64,000 bases of DNA from the NCBI GenBank assembly GCA_963664405.1, contig OY761158.1:5632001-5696000 (forward strand), read 5' to 3'. Within the stretch, counting starts at the first letter, position 1; every line of letters begins with the position of its first letter. The stretch comes from Thermoanaerobaculia bacterium. Its GTDB lineage: Bacteria; Acidobacteriota; Thermoanaerobaculia; Multivoradales; Multivoraceae. The notes under the pieces are model-generated. The model searched no databases and was not told the DNA's origin. It was given only the letters and a program-made list of their open reading frames with translations. The translations under genes and the position numbers were made by a program. This document shows, piece after piece, positions 63,843 to 64,000 of the stretch.

Positions 63843-64000
63843 TGCGTCTCGCCCTTCCCAAGGGACGAAATCTGGGTGTGACTCTTAGCGCTCTCCGCGC
63901 TGCCGGAATCGGACTTGCCGGTCTCGAGGAGAACGGGAGGCGATTACGTGGATCTTTCGAGGTGGATGCTCTGGAGGTCCTCCTGCTCAAAGACTGGGAT
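63839..64000 (+). CDS. hisG: ATP phosphoribosyltransferase, 5' part (runs off the right edge)
   Basis: ATGA overlap with hisZ; MMRLALPKGR...RRL...LLLKDWD. Confidence 0.88.
   Translation, partial: MMRLALPKGRNLGVTLSALRAAGIGLAGLEENGRRLRGSFEVDALEVLLLKDWD

Overview
High-GC bacterial chromosomal segment, probably Acidobacteriota (inferred from the acidobacterial-type VWFA protein at 40.5-42.3 kb). Most of it is housekeeping: recA, murB, a MoxR-DUF58-transglutaminase operon, an ECF sigma/vWA pair, a sigma54-driven amtB-glnK-glnA cluster, a desaturase, ligA, mdh, envelope genes (GT-C, LVIVD, YncE, msbA-like, FAAL, ACP, DUF374, three glycosyltransferases), the yceD-rpmF-plsX-fabD-fabG-acpP-fabF operon (no fabH), DPP-IV, ETF-QO and aroD/E-hisZ-hisG. 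The most notable observations: (1) a His-rich P1B-ATPase fused to an HflK/SPFH domain, in an operon with hflC, hflK and a CTG-initiated membrane-anchored NTF2-like gene; (2) an unlisted 29-aa leader peptide rich in both Trp and His, followed by an attenuator hairpin, upstream of aroDE-hisZ-hisG; (3) a 5 x 128-bp tandem array between fabG and acpP, with a related 68-bp doublet at a gene-truncation junction; (4) several families of ~120-170-bp intergenic palindromic elements with covarying arms and GCGNAGC mini-hairpins; (5) an msbA-FAAL-ACP-DUF374 lipid acylation module; (6) a complete ISKra4-family IS with a 9-bp target duplication whose transposase is broken by a 5-bp duplication. No tRNA, rRNA or CRISPR array was recognised. 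All calls come from reading the sequence; no searches were run.
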